Part shown: positions 23,006 through 31,716 of the stretch, piece after piece
Layout of the letters: each line of letters starts with the position of its first letter
How positions within the stretch are numbered: position 1 is the stretch's first letter
NCBI GenBank assembly: GCA_943789275.1
Contig: CALSTM010000003.1
Span: forward strand, 150,001 to 182,000
Length of the DNA stretch: 32,000 nt
Reading direction: 5' to 3'
From: Candidatus Poseidoniaceae archaeon
Lineage (GTDB): Archaea > Thermoplasmatota > Poseidoniia > Poseidoniales > Poseidoniaceae
Made by a program: the position numbers and the translations under genes
The notes under the pieces: model-generated
What the model saw: the letters and a program-made list of their open reading frames with translations, nothing else
What the model was told of the DNA's origin: nothing
The model's database searches: none

Positions 23006-24607
23006 TCATGCCATTGAACGAGGGGCTGCACCGTTCACTTCTGGCGAAACGCCAGCTTCGTATCGAGCGAAATTTTTGTTAAACATTGCAGCGAGTTTGT
23101 CCGCAGTAGCATCGTATTGAGCAGCATCGGTCCAAGTGTTACGAGGTTGTAGAACGTCCTCAGGAACATTCGGACACTCAACAGGAACTTCGAAACCAAA
23201 CCGTGGGTCGACCACGAATTCCACATTGTCTAAATCTCCGTCCATTGCTGCATTCAGCATTGCACGTGTGTATCGAATCTTCATTCGGTTTCCAACACCG
23301 TACGCTCCACCGGACCAGCCGGTGTTGATGAGCCATGCCTTTGCGCCGTGTTCAGCCATCTTGCCGGAAAGCAGATCTGCATACACACCTGGGTGCATAG
23401 GCATGAACGGTTCGCCAAAGCAAGCCGAGAACGTGGCTTGAGGTTCTTTGACACCGATTTCAGTTCCTGCGACTTTAGCAGTGTATCCGGATATGAAGTG
23501 GTAGGCTGCTTGAGCAGGCGTAAGTCGAGAGATTGGCGGGAGGACGCCGAAAGCGTCACAGGTCAAGAAAATGACATTTTGCGGGTGCCCACCTTTCGAA
23601 TCAAGGGTTCTGTTTTCGATGAATTCAATTGGGTAAGAGCCGCGGGTGTTCTGCGTCTTACTGACATCAGCGAAGTCAGGCACTCCGCTTTCATCCATGA
23701 CGATGTTTTCAAGGACGGTTCCGAATTTTCGAGTTGTTCCAAAAATCTCTGGTTCATCTTCTTCGGATAAGTCGATGAGTTTAGCGTAGCATCCGCCTTC
23801 GAAGTTGAAGACGCCGTTTGCGCCCCAGCCGTGCTCATCATCACCGATGAGGGCTCGATTTGGATCGGCTGAAAGCGTGGTCTTTCCGGTTCCAGAAAGC
23901 CCGAAAAAGATAGCCGTATTCTCGCCGGTGGTGTTTGCTGAGCAATGCATTGGAAGAATGCCTTTCTTCGGAAGGATGAGGTTCATGACGGAGAAAATCG
24001 ATTTTTTGATTTCTCCAGCATAGCGAGTTCCGCCAATGATGACTTCTTTCGCTTGATAGTTGACAATCACAAAGCAATGGGAGTTGAGCCCATCTCGTTC
24101 AGCATCTGCTTCGAAGTGTGGTGCGTGCATTACGGTGAATTCCGGAGAATGGGATGCAAGGCGTTCTGCGTCTGGACGAATGAACATGTTTCGCGCAAAT
24201 GCATTGTGCCAAGCGTTTTGGTTGATGACACGGATGGGTAGGGCTTCACTGAAGTCAGCGCCGCAATACAAGTCTTGGACAAACAGTGTGTCTTGTGCAG
24301 AAAGGTATTCGACAACTTTTGCACGCATTTTTGTAAAGGTTTCGAGGTCCGTCGAAACATTGACGTCACCCCAATTGATGTCCTCTGATGTCGTTTCCTC
24401 GTCAACGATGTACTTGTCGTTTGGTGAACGCCCAGTTCGCTCTCCAGTCTCGGTGACAAGAGCTTTATGGGCACTGAACATCCCTTCTTTTCGAGCCACG
24501 GCTAACTCGATGAGTGTTGCAGCATCTTGATTCCAGTAGACCTCTCCAGAGGGGGAAATTCCGTGCGCGTTTAGGTCTCCGGTCGGAGTCCCATGGGTGG
24601 CCGCCAT
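23006..24607 (-). CDS. pckA: Phosphoenolpyruvate carboxykinase (ATP)
   Basis: Motifs seen: TGRSPNDKYIV, the kinase-1a loop FFGLSGTGKTTLS, IGDDEHGW, and the GGCYAK region. About 534 aa from the ATG at 24607, which is preceded by AAGGAGGT (24611-24618). The 134-codon upstream extension in the ORF track is rejected. Confidence 0.95.
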   Translation of the reverse strand: MAATHGTPTGDLNAHGISPSGEVYWNQDAATLIELAVARKEGMFSAHKALVTETGERTGRSPNDKYIVDEETTSEDINWGDVNVSTDLETFTKMRAKVVEYLSAQDTLFVQDLYCGADFSEALPIRVINQNAWHNAFARNMFIRPDAERLASHSPEFTVMHAPHFEADAERDGLNSHCFVIVNYQAKEVIIGGTRYAGEIKKSIFSVMNLILPKKGILPMHCSANTTGENTAIFFGLSGTGKTTLSADPNRALIGDDEHGWGANGVFNFEGGCYAKLIDLSEEDEPEIFGTTRKFGTVLENIVMDESGVPDFADVSKTQNTRGSYPIEFIENRTLDSKGGHPQNVIFLTCDAFGVLPPISRLTPAQAAYHFISGYTAKVAGTEIGVKEPQATFSACFGEPFMPMHPGVYADLLSGKMAEHGAKAWLINTGWSGGAYGVGNRMKIRYTRAMLNAAMDGDLDNVEFVVDPRFGFEVPVECPNVPEDVLQPRNTWTDAAQYDATADKLAAMFNKNFARYEAGVSPEVNGAAPRSMA

Positions 24608-24800
24608 GCCACCTCCTTCCGCGGGACCTCTTTGTCCCTTTTGGCTGTCCAATTTCTCTTGAGGAGGGTTTGTGAAGTAAAAAACGAGGTATTGCGCCTC
24701 AACTCTGATTTCTACGGTGTTTTTACAACACCCCCACAAATCCTCGCCCGAAATTACAATCGGCGAAAGCATTGAAGAGGACTTCTTAGAAGAGCCAATC

Positions 24801-27800
24801 ATGACTGATGACACGAAGGGGCGCCGCTCAACGCCGGCTCCTTCGTCACCGCGCGACGAGGTGGCTCGAAAACGAGACTTCCGACGCGCCCAAGGCATTG
24901 ACATCAAATCGTTCATGGTCGATGCGGAGCCGGACGAACCTCCGCAACCAGAAAAAGCGGAACCTGTCATCGAAGATATCGCCGTTGGCGAGATTTCACC
25001 GCTCTTCACCTCCGGTGACGAAGAGTCGACTGTGGCCGGAGCAGTTCAACGGGATGGCACCGTAGAAAAAGCACCGGAAATGGACAGTGTATCGGACATA
25101 GCTGTGCACGGTGAGAAACGCTTGAGTCTCGGACTTTTGGTGGCGATGGTCTTCATTTGGTCCGCAATTGGGGCGATGGTTGGAACCGTCTTACCCGAAC
25201 TTCTCAGCGGTGCTGGCCTACTTTTCATGGGCGTCTTAGGATTGTACCTTGGAGAACGATGGATTCCGAATCCAAACATGAGACTTCTGGGCGTAACTTG
25301 GGTTATTATATCGATGAAATTATTCTATGGACTCGCTCTTGATGCATGGCACTGGGGCTGGTTTGACGCGTCTCCTCTAGGAGCAAGTGAAACGCTTGGC
25401 ATCAGTCTTATCGGCGTCGTATCGATGAACGTGTATATCGCTCAGCGTCACAACGAGGATGCTATTGCTGCACAAGCAACGCTCATACTTCTGCTGGTAG
25501 GTAGCGCTGCAGGCGCACTTTATGGCGAGATTGGAATCGCCAGCATGATTGCTTTGGGAACGCTTTTGATGCACGGTTTGGCCGTGTACCGGGAGTCTGG
25601 AAATCTTGCAAGCCTTGGAATTGCATCTTCGTATCTTTGGGTTGGTGTCCATGCGCTTTCTAACAATTGGGAATTGTTCGGACTTGAATTGGTTTCTTTT
25701 GATGACGAATTATTGCTCTTTTTGCTCATGGCTTTTGTGACGGCCACAAACGCAACGATAGCAGCGCGATTTGTTCGGGCTGAGAATTGGTTCTCAAAGG
25801 CGTTCGAAGGCATGGGTCTGGGCAACCCTTCACTGTGGGCAGTCTCTGTTGGCCTGGGCATGATTGGTGCGCTGTTAGCCATTGCCGCCTATCGCTTGGA
25901 GACCGGTTACGCGCTGGCACAACTGGCGTTGCTGATTGGGGCCTTTTCCGGTTCGTACCTTGTCGTTCGCGGCGTTCGATTCCAAGACATTGCGCCCTTT
26001 TTGGTCGTGCCTACGCCGTTTCTTTTGGTTGGGCTTGCCATTTACAGTTCTGGAATACTTCCAGCATCTCTTCCACTTGGGTTGGATGAATACAGCGTGT
26101 ATGCTGCGCTCACTTCGTTGTTCACCGCACTGGCTTTACTTCGAAACCAAACGGCTGTATCGGACCACGTTATTTGGTTGGGTGGCGTAGCCATCGTAGG
26201 ATTACTTACACTTCTTATTCCCGCTGGCGAGTTGGACAACGGCGCCAGGATTCTTTTGACAACCCAGGCTATTATTTGGCTTGGATTATCTGGCCTTGCC
26301 GTTCTCCGCTCTTCACCTTCTATTGCTGGAACTGCAGTCATCGGGCCATGGATATGGCTTCTGTTCTTTGCCACGGATGTTGATTCACGCCTCATTTCGG
26401 TCGACCTCCTACCAATTGTTATTGATGAGTATGATCTTTTCATCTGGATGGGCCTTCTTGTTGTTCAACAAATTTGGGTCAACATCCGCCACGGGGAAGT
26501 TGGATTGAACCTTGCATCGCGTCTTGTTGGCTTTTCAGAAATAGGAGCGCGACTGCGTGATTCGGGCTTCGCGAAGCTTTGGAATCTAAGTTTCCTCCTC
26601 ACACTGATCGTTACTTGGGCAGTTACCCGCCCGGGTGCTTTGCCGATATACGGGCTTCTTGGCGTACTGGGGGGCCTTCTCATTGGCCATTCACTGATGG
26701 TGTACCTCGATAGGCATAGGGGTAAACCTCAGTCGTTGATGGGAGTTTGGGGTGTTTTTGCAGTATTGTTTTCGTGGAATTTCGGGCAATCAGCGGTATG
26801 GGCTCTTTCCTTGGTAGCCTCGTGTGCCGTGATGCTCAAGGCATCCGAACAAAGCCGTGAACGCGGAGCCTCTGAGTTTGAACTCGAAAAAATGGAAGCT
26901 TTGCCCGGAAAACTCCTCACCATGATGATGGGTTTCCTCACCGTGTTTTTCATCATGATTGCGTTGAATCCGTTGACCACAATACCGTTGACTGGTTCTG
27001 AGTACATGTTCGACCAGGAAACAAACCTGTTGGTCTTGATGATTGTTGGCTTGGTGTCTTTGGCGCTGTACTTGGTTCGAGCCGCTACTTTAGAGAAACT
27101 GTTGCCGCCGGCCGTAACGGCAGTTGGCCTCATCCTTTCGATGGCCCTTGCCGGCAGGTCAATTGCCGTTGAATCCGTTGTTTTGGTCGCACTTGTTGCC
27201 TTTGTAATGTCTGGAGCATATTTGGCAATTCAAGGCGAGTTCCGTTCAGGTATACGGGCGCTGACCAAGAAAGAAAACAGGGTCCAACGGCTAAAAGAGA
27301 AGCAAGACAGGATTCAAGCCTTCCTTGACTCCACTGGAATGGAGGGTACTGAAGTTGTTCAACTTGGCAACCAATTTGCAGACGGCGAAACGCCTGAAAC
27401 GCCTCAAAGCAATTTACGCCTTATCGATTCTGAATTACTGAACTTGGCTGAAAAGCAAAGAAAACGCCAAAAACGGGCCGGCTCAACCGGGGAAATGGAC
27501 CTCTATGTAGGCGACATACACCACCAGCCCACGATTGTTCTGCTCTTTTTGGGAACGACAATCCTCGCAACCACTTACCTTTCATTCACCACCGGTGCCA
27601 CTCTTCTTGCCCTTATGTTCAGCGTCCTGATTTCTGTTCTCTTTGTCGGCCTTTCCCGCCTTCGTGCCAATCAAATTGGTTTACGTTTGCCCGATATACT
27701 CGGTATCGAGGCGCCAATAGCCCTTGCTATGCTGGGCTTGGTCATGGTTCACATCGCAGGCCGAGCGTCCAATTCAGTTGTGGAACTTGAAGACTCCACC

Positions 27801-28709
27801 CATCTAGCAGTCTTCTTCGGAGGATTGGTATCGTTAGCAGGGCTTGGTCTTCTGGGACGAAACGACCTCGGTTATCGAATTCCGAATGCGCTGGAAGGCG
27901 TCGTTTACCTTGCAGCACTTGACCGGGCAATGTGTGTTGTTGTTGGAGGTGAGGTCCCGATTCCGTTCAATCTGGACCCGTTTATTTCCGATTATTCGAT
28001 CGCAACTTGGACTGTACCGTTTTTGTTGATTGAAGTACTTTTGATTGGTGCTGTGTTTGCCTTTAACTGGGTTGAAGGTAAGCGTATTCAACACAGTATG
28101 GACGATCATCGAGGGGCAGCAGGGCGCTCCGCTTGGATTCTCTTTATCGCTGTGATTTCTTTTGGTCCAGCAGCTTTTGCTGCACTTATCGTGGGTGCTC
28201 GACGCGGTGTTTGGTGGTCACAGCCAGCAGTCGTGCTCACTGCTTGGCTGCTCACGCCATTGGCTTATCTTGCCACCAGCGCTTGGCTTTCCGACTTTGC
28301 CGCTTTGCCTCAACTCTCTCTGGTCACCACAGCACAGGGCATTCTCACCATCGCCTTTGTAGCATGGACGGTGGAAAAGCGGCAAGGACTGTGGCTGCCA
28401 GCGGGGTTGTGGGCCATGCATATCCTGTTGATTGGTTCGGGCTTTGGATATGGAAACTTACTCATCACCGTTCTCCTCATCTTGGCTTCTTCAACCACTT
28501 CTTGGGTGTCTGGAATCCTCACCTTGCGGAAATCTTGGCGTATCGTCGGGGCACTTGATTTGGTACTTGCGTGGATTGTAGCTTCAGTTGTCATCATTCA
28601 AGGTGCTGCAGTGGAGGTCTTACTGGCTATACTGGTCGCATCCGCCGTTCTCCTCGGACTTGTGACGTTCTTAACACAGACTTACGAAGGCGAAATGGCA
28701 AAGGAGTGA
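24801..28709 (+). CDS. Giant (about 1300 aa) polytopic integral membrane protein of unknown function
   Basis: An acidic/Pro-rich N-terminal region of about 125 aa comes first. By eye there are then roughly three dozen hydrophobic helix-length segments with very short loops. The run is interrupted once by a charged segment of about 100 aa (27231-27530: KKENRVQRLKEKQDRIQAFLD ... LNLAEKQRKRQKRAG). No catalytic motif was recognised. The start could be the GTG at 24717. Confidence 0.8.
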   Translation: MTDDTKGRRSTPAPSSPRDEVARKRDFRRAQGIDIKSFMVDAEPDEPPQPEKAEPVIEDIAVGEISPLFTSGDEESTVAGAVQRDGTVEKAPEMDSVSDIAVHGEKRLSLGLLVAMVFIWSAIGAMVGTVLPELLSGAGLLFMGVLGLYLGERWIPNPNMRLLGVTWVIISMKLFYGLALDAWHWGWFDASPLGASETLGISLIGVVSMNVYIAQRHNEDAIAAQATLILLLVGSAAGALYGEIGIASMIALGTLLMHGLAVYRESGNLASLGIASSYLWVGVHALSNNWELFGLELVSFDDELLLFLLMAFVTATNATIAARFVRAENWFSKAFEGMGLGNPSLWAVSVGLGMIGALLAIAAYRLETGYALAQLALLIGAFSGSYLVVRGVRFQDIAPFLVVPTPFLLVGLAIYSSGILPASLPLGLDEYSVYAALTSLFTALALLRNQTAVSDHVIWLGGVAIVGLLTLLIPAGELDNGARILLTTQAIIWLGLSGLAVLRSSPSIAGTAVIGPWIWLLFFATDVDSRLISVDLLPIVIDEYDLFIWMGLLVVQQIWVNIRHGEVGLNLASRLVGFSEIGARLRDSGFAKLWNLSFLLTLIVTWAVTRPGALPIYGLLGVLGGLLIGHSLMVYLDRHRGKPQSLMGVWGVFAVLFSWNFGQSAVWALSLVASCAVMLKASEQSRERGASEFELEKMEALPGKLLTMMMGFLTVFFIMIALNPLTTIPLTGSEYMFDQETNLLVLMIVGLVSLALYLVRAATLEKLLPPAVTAVGLILSMALAGRSIAVESVVLVALVAFVMSGAYLAIQGEFRSGIRALTKKENRVQRLKEKQDRIQAFLDSTGMEGTEVVQLGNQFADGETPETPQSNLRLIDSELLNLAEKQRKRQKRAGSTGEMDLYVGDIHHQPTIVLLFLGTTILATTYLSFTTGATLLALMFSVLISVLFVGLSRLRANQIGLRLPDILGIEAPIALAMLGLVMVHIAGRASNSVVELEDSTHLAVFFGGLVSLAGLGLLGRNDLGYRIPNALEGVVYLAALDRAMCVVVGGEVPIPFNLDPFISDYSIATWTVPFLLIEVLLIGAVFAFNWVEGKRIQHSMDDHRGAAGRSAWILFIAVISFGPAAFAALIVGARRGVWWSQPAVVLTAWLLTPLAYLATSAWLSDFAALPQLSLVTTAQGILTIAFVAWTVEKRQGLWLPAGLWAMHILLIGSGFGYGNLLITVLLILASSTTSWVSGILTLRKSWRIVGALDLVLAWIVASVVIIQGAAVEVLLAILVASAVLLGLVTFLTQTYEGEMAKE

Positions 28710-28769
28710 TGGTTCGGGGTTGTGAACCGCCGGCGAAACCAGTAAATACCCGCCGCCAAAGTAGGCACT

Positions 28770-29333
28770 ATGAGCCAACTGTTTCAAATGGACAACTACG
28801 TCATCCGAACAAAACTTCTTCGAATCTTTGGCGGAGCATTTTATTTCGAAGATTTAGAAGGAAATGTTGTCGCATACTCGAAACAAAAGCGATTCAAATT
28901 AAAAGAAGACATCGTCTTGTATACCGACGAGAGTTGCACCGTCCCATTGGTACAAATTAAGGCCCGATCGGTGTTTGATCTTGCTACAACCTACGATATC
29001 TTCAGCCCACAAGACGGAACAAATCTCGGCTCTGCAAAACGCCAAGCACTGAAGTCCATCCTCAAAGATTCGTGGACCATTAACGATCCTGCTGGAAACC
29101 CATACGCCACATTTGTCGAAGACAGCATCGCCATTCTGCGCCGGTTCATTCCTTATATTCCGGCTAAATACCATTTTGAAGTGCCAGGTCAACCCGAGAT
29201 TCTCATGCAACAGAGGTTCAACCCACTGATCAAAAGAACGCAGATATCAATCCCTCCAGGTCATCCATTGGACCGCAGAGTTATCGCTGCTATCGCTTTG
29301 TTAAGTTCTGCAATTGAAGGCCGCCAAGGCTGA
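28770..29333 (+). CDS. Tubby C-terminal-like / LURP-one-related (YxjI, scramblase-like fold) protein
   Basis: 187 aa. The pattern YVIRTKLLRIFGGAFYFEDLEGNVVAYSKQKRFKLKEDIVLYTDES ... YDIFSPQDGTNLGSAKRQALKSILKDSWTINDPAGNPYATFVEDS ... YHFEV, plus a C-terminal hydrophobic helix VIAAIALLSSAIE, fits the DUF567/YxjI-type beta-barrel-around-helix family as I remember it. Not verified by search. Confidence 0.6.
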   Translation: MSQLFQMDNYVIRTKLLRIFGGAFYFEDLEGNVVAYSKQKRFKLKEDIVLYTDESCTVPLVQIKARSVFDLATTYDIFSPQDGTNLGSAKRQALKSILKDSWTINDPAGNPYATFVEDSIAILRRFIPYIPAKYHFEVPGQPEILMQQRFNPLIKRTQISIPPGHPLDRRVIAAIALLSSAIEGRQG

Positions 29334-30962
29334 TTACTGCATTGCATCGGCAAGATACTGCGTTAGCATTGGAATGACTTCCGACACACCTTCGGGTTTC
29401 ATACCCGCCTCAAGCCGTAAAGAAACGCTAATTTTGGCTTGTGTCCCGCTGTTACGAACGCCAAGCGACAGTAATTCTCCGTCGATACGCGCTTCGATAA
29501 GCATGAGGTTCGCCTCCCCTTCGAGCCTTTTTCTCTTCCATTGCGTGACTTGACCGCACGATTCAAAGTGAGTTTTCACACGATGTTCGACATCATTTGA
29601 AAGTTGATTCATGCCATCCCATAGCGAGCGGTCAACGTTTTTTACCGACTCTCGCTGTTTCCAACCACGCTTCATGAGCAATTCTTGATCGGCTACACTG
29701 CGCGCCAAGAGGTACGACAACAGGGTGCCAGCGCCATCACCAACCAGGCTCCAAGCACCGTCGGAATGTGGATGAGGGGACGGCAAAACGGCGTGACCTG
29801 AATCTTCGACTCCAATGATTGCAGGCATGTGATTTGACCCAAGAAGGTGTTCACGCAGCGCATGGGAAAGCCATCTGTCACCAACTGCGGTCTCCACCGT
29901 TTTCGTTGTGGGCGATAGGCGTTTCATCGAGGAAAGAAGCGCTAAATCAGATTCAATACTTGCCGCCACAATCCACGTTGAGGTTTGACGATGACCGGCC
30001 ACTGCAACGGTATCGGCCATAGCATCTCCGTCGATTATTTTGTACCCATCTTCAGTCGCCTCAACGATTAAACAACGGTCTCCATCTCCATCGAGCGCAG
30101 CACCCACAATTGTTCCTGGTGCAGCAGGTTTGAGCTGTTGCAGCAAAAGATGGTCCGACTGGGCTGCTTGTTCAAAGGTCCATGTTGCAGTTGGTGAGAA
30201 CTCTCCGGCTCCACAGTGGCGGTTTAACTCTGTAGCGGCGCGGCTGATTTCTTTCGATTCGATTCCGTTTTTCGTGAGCCATTCAGCTAACCACGTACTT
30301 CCGGCCCCCTTTGAGCAATCGAGCAGCAACGGTTGACGAATAAAGGGGTAAGTGCCCTCTTCAACTCCAAACATCTTCTTGAGCAAGGTAAATCGAGTTG
30401 AAAGCCATTCAGGATGGTGTTTAACGGCCCATTTTTCCGTAGTTTTCTTATTTGGTTGAGAGAGTTCTAACATGTCTATTTGATCGATTTCTCGTTCTTC
30501 TTCACTGAGGGCATAAGCGATTGATGATATCTCATCTTCGAGTGCTGGAGAGGTTTTGAAACCGTCTGAATCAAAGACCTTGATTCCAGAATCCGTAGCG
30601 GGGTTATGGCTCGCAGTCATCATGCAACCCATACGGGCTTGGTGCCATAAAACAGCATAATGCAATGCTGGAGTTGCACATACGCCGATGTGCGTCACCG
30701 TACATCCTGCCAATCGCAATCCCAGCGTGATGCCCTCGACCAGTTCTTTGTTCCCGGGACGTTGGTCCCATCCAATGACCACATGTTCTCCTTCCCCTGG
30801 GAGTGTGTCAATGAGATGGCCCAATGCTTCGCCAACAAGTCGCATGAGCGTTGGACATACGCTTCTCTTTTCGTGCAGTGCGGCCAATGCTGCTTTTTCG
30901 TTTGGAGCGGCAGGGGTAATTTTCCCGCGAATACCGTCGGTGCCGAACAAACGCTGAACCAT
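29334..30962 (-). CDS. glmM: Phosphoglucosamine mutase-like alpha-D-phosphohexomutase (enlarged, about 543 aa)
   Basis: N-terminal LFGTDGIRGK (GlmM-type), active-site loop TASHNPATDSGIKVF, metal loop LDGDGDRCLIV, sugar loop GVEDSGH and phosphate loop RNSGTQAKISV. The ATG at 30962 is preceded by GGTGA and lies 4 nt after the upstream gene stop. Confidence 0.85.
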   Translation of the reverse strand: MVQRLFGTDGIRGKITPAAPNEKAALAALHEKRSVCPTLMRLVGEALGHLIDTLPGEGEHVVIGWDQRPGNKELVEGITLGLRLAGCTVTHIGVCATPALHYAVLWHQARMGCMMTASHNPATDSGIKVFDSDGFKTSPALEDEISSIAYALSEEEREIDQIDMLELSQPNKKTTEKWAVKHHPEWLSTRFTLLKKMFGVEEGTYPFIRQPLLLDCSKGAGSTWLAEWLTKNGIESKEISRAATELNRHCGAGEFSPTATWTFEQAAQSDHLLLQQLKPAAPGTIVGAALDGDGDRCLIVEATEDGYKIIDGDAMADTVAVAGHRQTSTWIVAASIESDLALLSSMKRLSPTTKTVETAVGDRWLSHALREHLLGSNHMPAIIGVEDSGHAVLPSPHPHSDGAWSLVGDGAGTLLSYLLARSVADQELLMKRGWKQRESVKNVDRSLWDGMNQLSNDVEHRVKTHFESCGQVTQWKRKRLEGEANLMLIEARIDGELLSLGVRNSGTQAKISVSLRLEAGMKPEGVSEVIPMLTQYLADAMQ

Positions 30963-30966
30963 CGTC

Positions 30967-31692
30967 TCACCTGTGTTGAGAGTCGGCTGGAAAGACTCCA
31001 GTAACCGTGGTATTCGGATGAACTTGTGAATCGCAACCGAGTACAACTCCCGGATTCGTGACGCTGTTGCATCCAAGTTGACATCGTTCACCGAGCACCG
31101 CTCCGAATTTTCTCAATCCGCTTCCAATGCGTTGTCCGTCAATACGAAGATGTACTTCTCCACCATCGTTTCGTAGGTTACTGATTTTTGTCCCTGCTCC
31201 AAGGTTCACTCCTGAGCCAAGTATTGAATCTCCAACATAATTGAAATGCGGAGCTTTAGCACCGGGAAGCAGAACAGAATGTTTGGTCTCTGAAGCATGG
31301 CCAACCACTGCATTGGCGCAAACCCAAGAAAATTGTCGAACGTACGCCGCGTGCCGTATTTCTGCATTTGGTCCAATGTAACACGGGCCAATAAAGTGTG
31401 AACCCGGCTCAATTCGTGCGTTTTGTTCCACGATGACTGGACCAGCGGATTCATCGGTCGTTGCTCCTGAGAGTGTTGGGTCTTGAGGAGAAGAGTCGTA
31501 TGTACTGACAAGTTCAGTTAATTGCGCCTTCAACCCGTTTGGATGGTCGGGCTGCAAGAAGGAGAAGACGGGTTCTGATGTTGGAAGAATTGGGAAGGCG
31601 CCTTCAGGGGGAGAATCATGAAACATCGACGGAAAGAGTTCCAGTGCTGAGGTGAGAGCATCCGGCCATTTCATGGTTGATGCAGACACCAC
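30967..31692 (-). CDS. Left-handed beta-helix (hexapeptide repeat) acyltransferase, GlmU C-terminal-domain-like, without a nucleotidyltransferase domain
   Basis: Hexapeptide-repeat run IGPCYIGPNAEIRHAAYVRQFSWVCANAVVGHASETKHSVLLPGAKAPHFNYVGDSILGSGVNLGAGTKISNLRNDG ... GAVLGERCQLGCNSVTNPGVVLG. The N-terminal 100 aa show no GxGxR nucleotidyltransferase motif. The start is the GTG at 31692 or the ATG at 31674. Confidence 0.75.
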   Translation of the reverse strand: MVSASTMKWPDALTSALELFPSMFHDSPPEGAFPILPTSEPVFSFLQPDHPNGLKAQLTELVSTYDSSPQDPTLSGATTDESAGPVIVEQNARIEPGSHFIGPCYIGPNAEIRHAAYVRQFSWVCANAVVGHASETKHSVLLPGAKAPHFNYVGDSILGSGVNLGAGTKISNLRNDGGEVHLRIDGQRIGSGLRKFGAVLGERCQLGCNSVTNPGVVLGCDSQVHPNTTVTGVFPADSQHR

Positions 31693-31716
31693 TCTTGCAT
31701 GAACTTAGCGTTGATA

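Noticed and set aside
24608-25009. A 134-codon N-terminal extension of the pckA ORF in the track (start at 25009).
   Set aside because: The canonical PckA N-terminus begins at the ATG at 24607, which has AAGGAGGT immediately upstream. The extension is Ser/Gly-rich, has no homology-like features, and overlaps the start of the divergent membrane-protein gene.
28709-28960. An 84-codon ORF starting at the ATG at 28709 with an apparently perfect AAGGAG SD 5 nt upstream.
   Set aside because: The SD-like string is simply the last codons (AAG GAG TGA) of the giant membrane-protein gene. The product is extremely Arg-rich, low-complexity-looking, and overlaps the better-supported Tubby-like gene out of frame.
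30963-31091. A 43-codon N-terminal extension of the GlmM-like ORF (start at 31091).
   Set aside because: It overlaps the 3' end of the upstream LbH gene. The ATG at 30962 gives the canonical LFGTDGIRG N-terminus with a GGTGA SD and a 4-nt coupling to the upstream stop.
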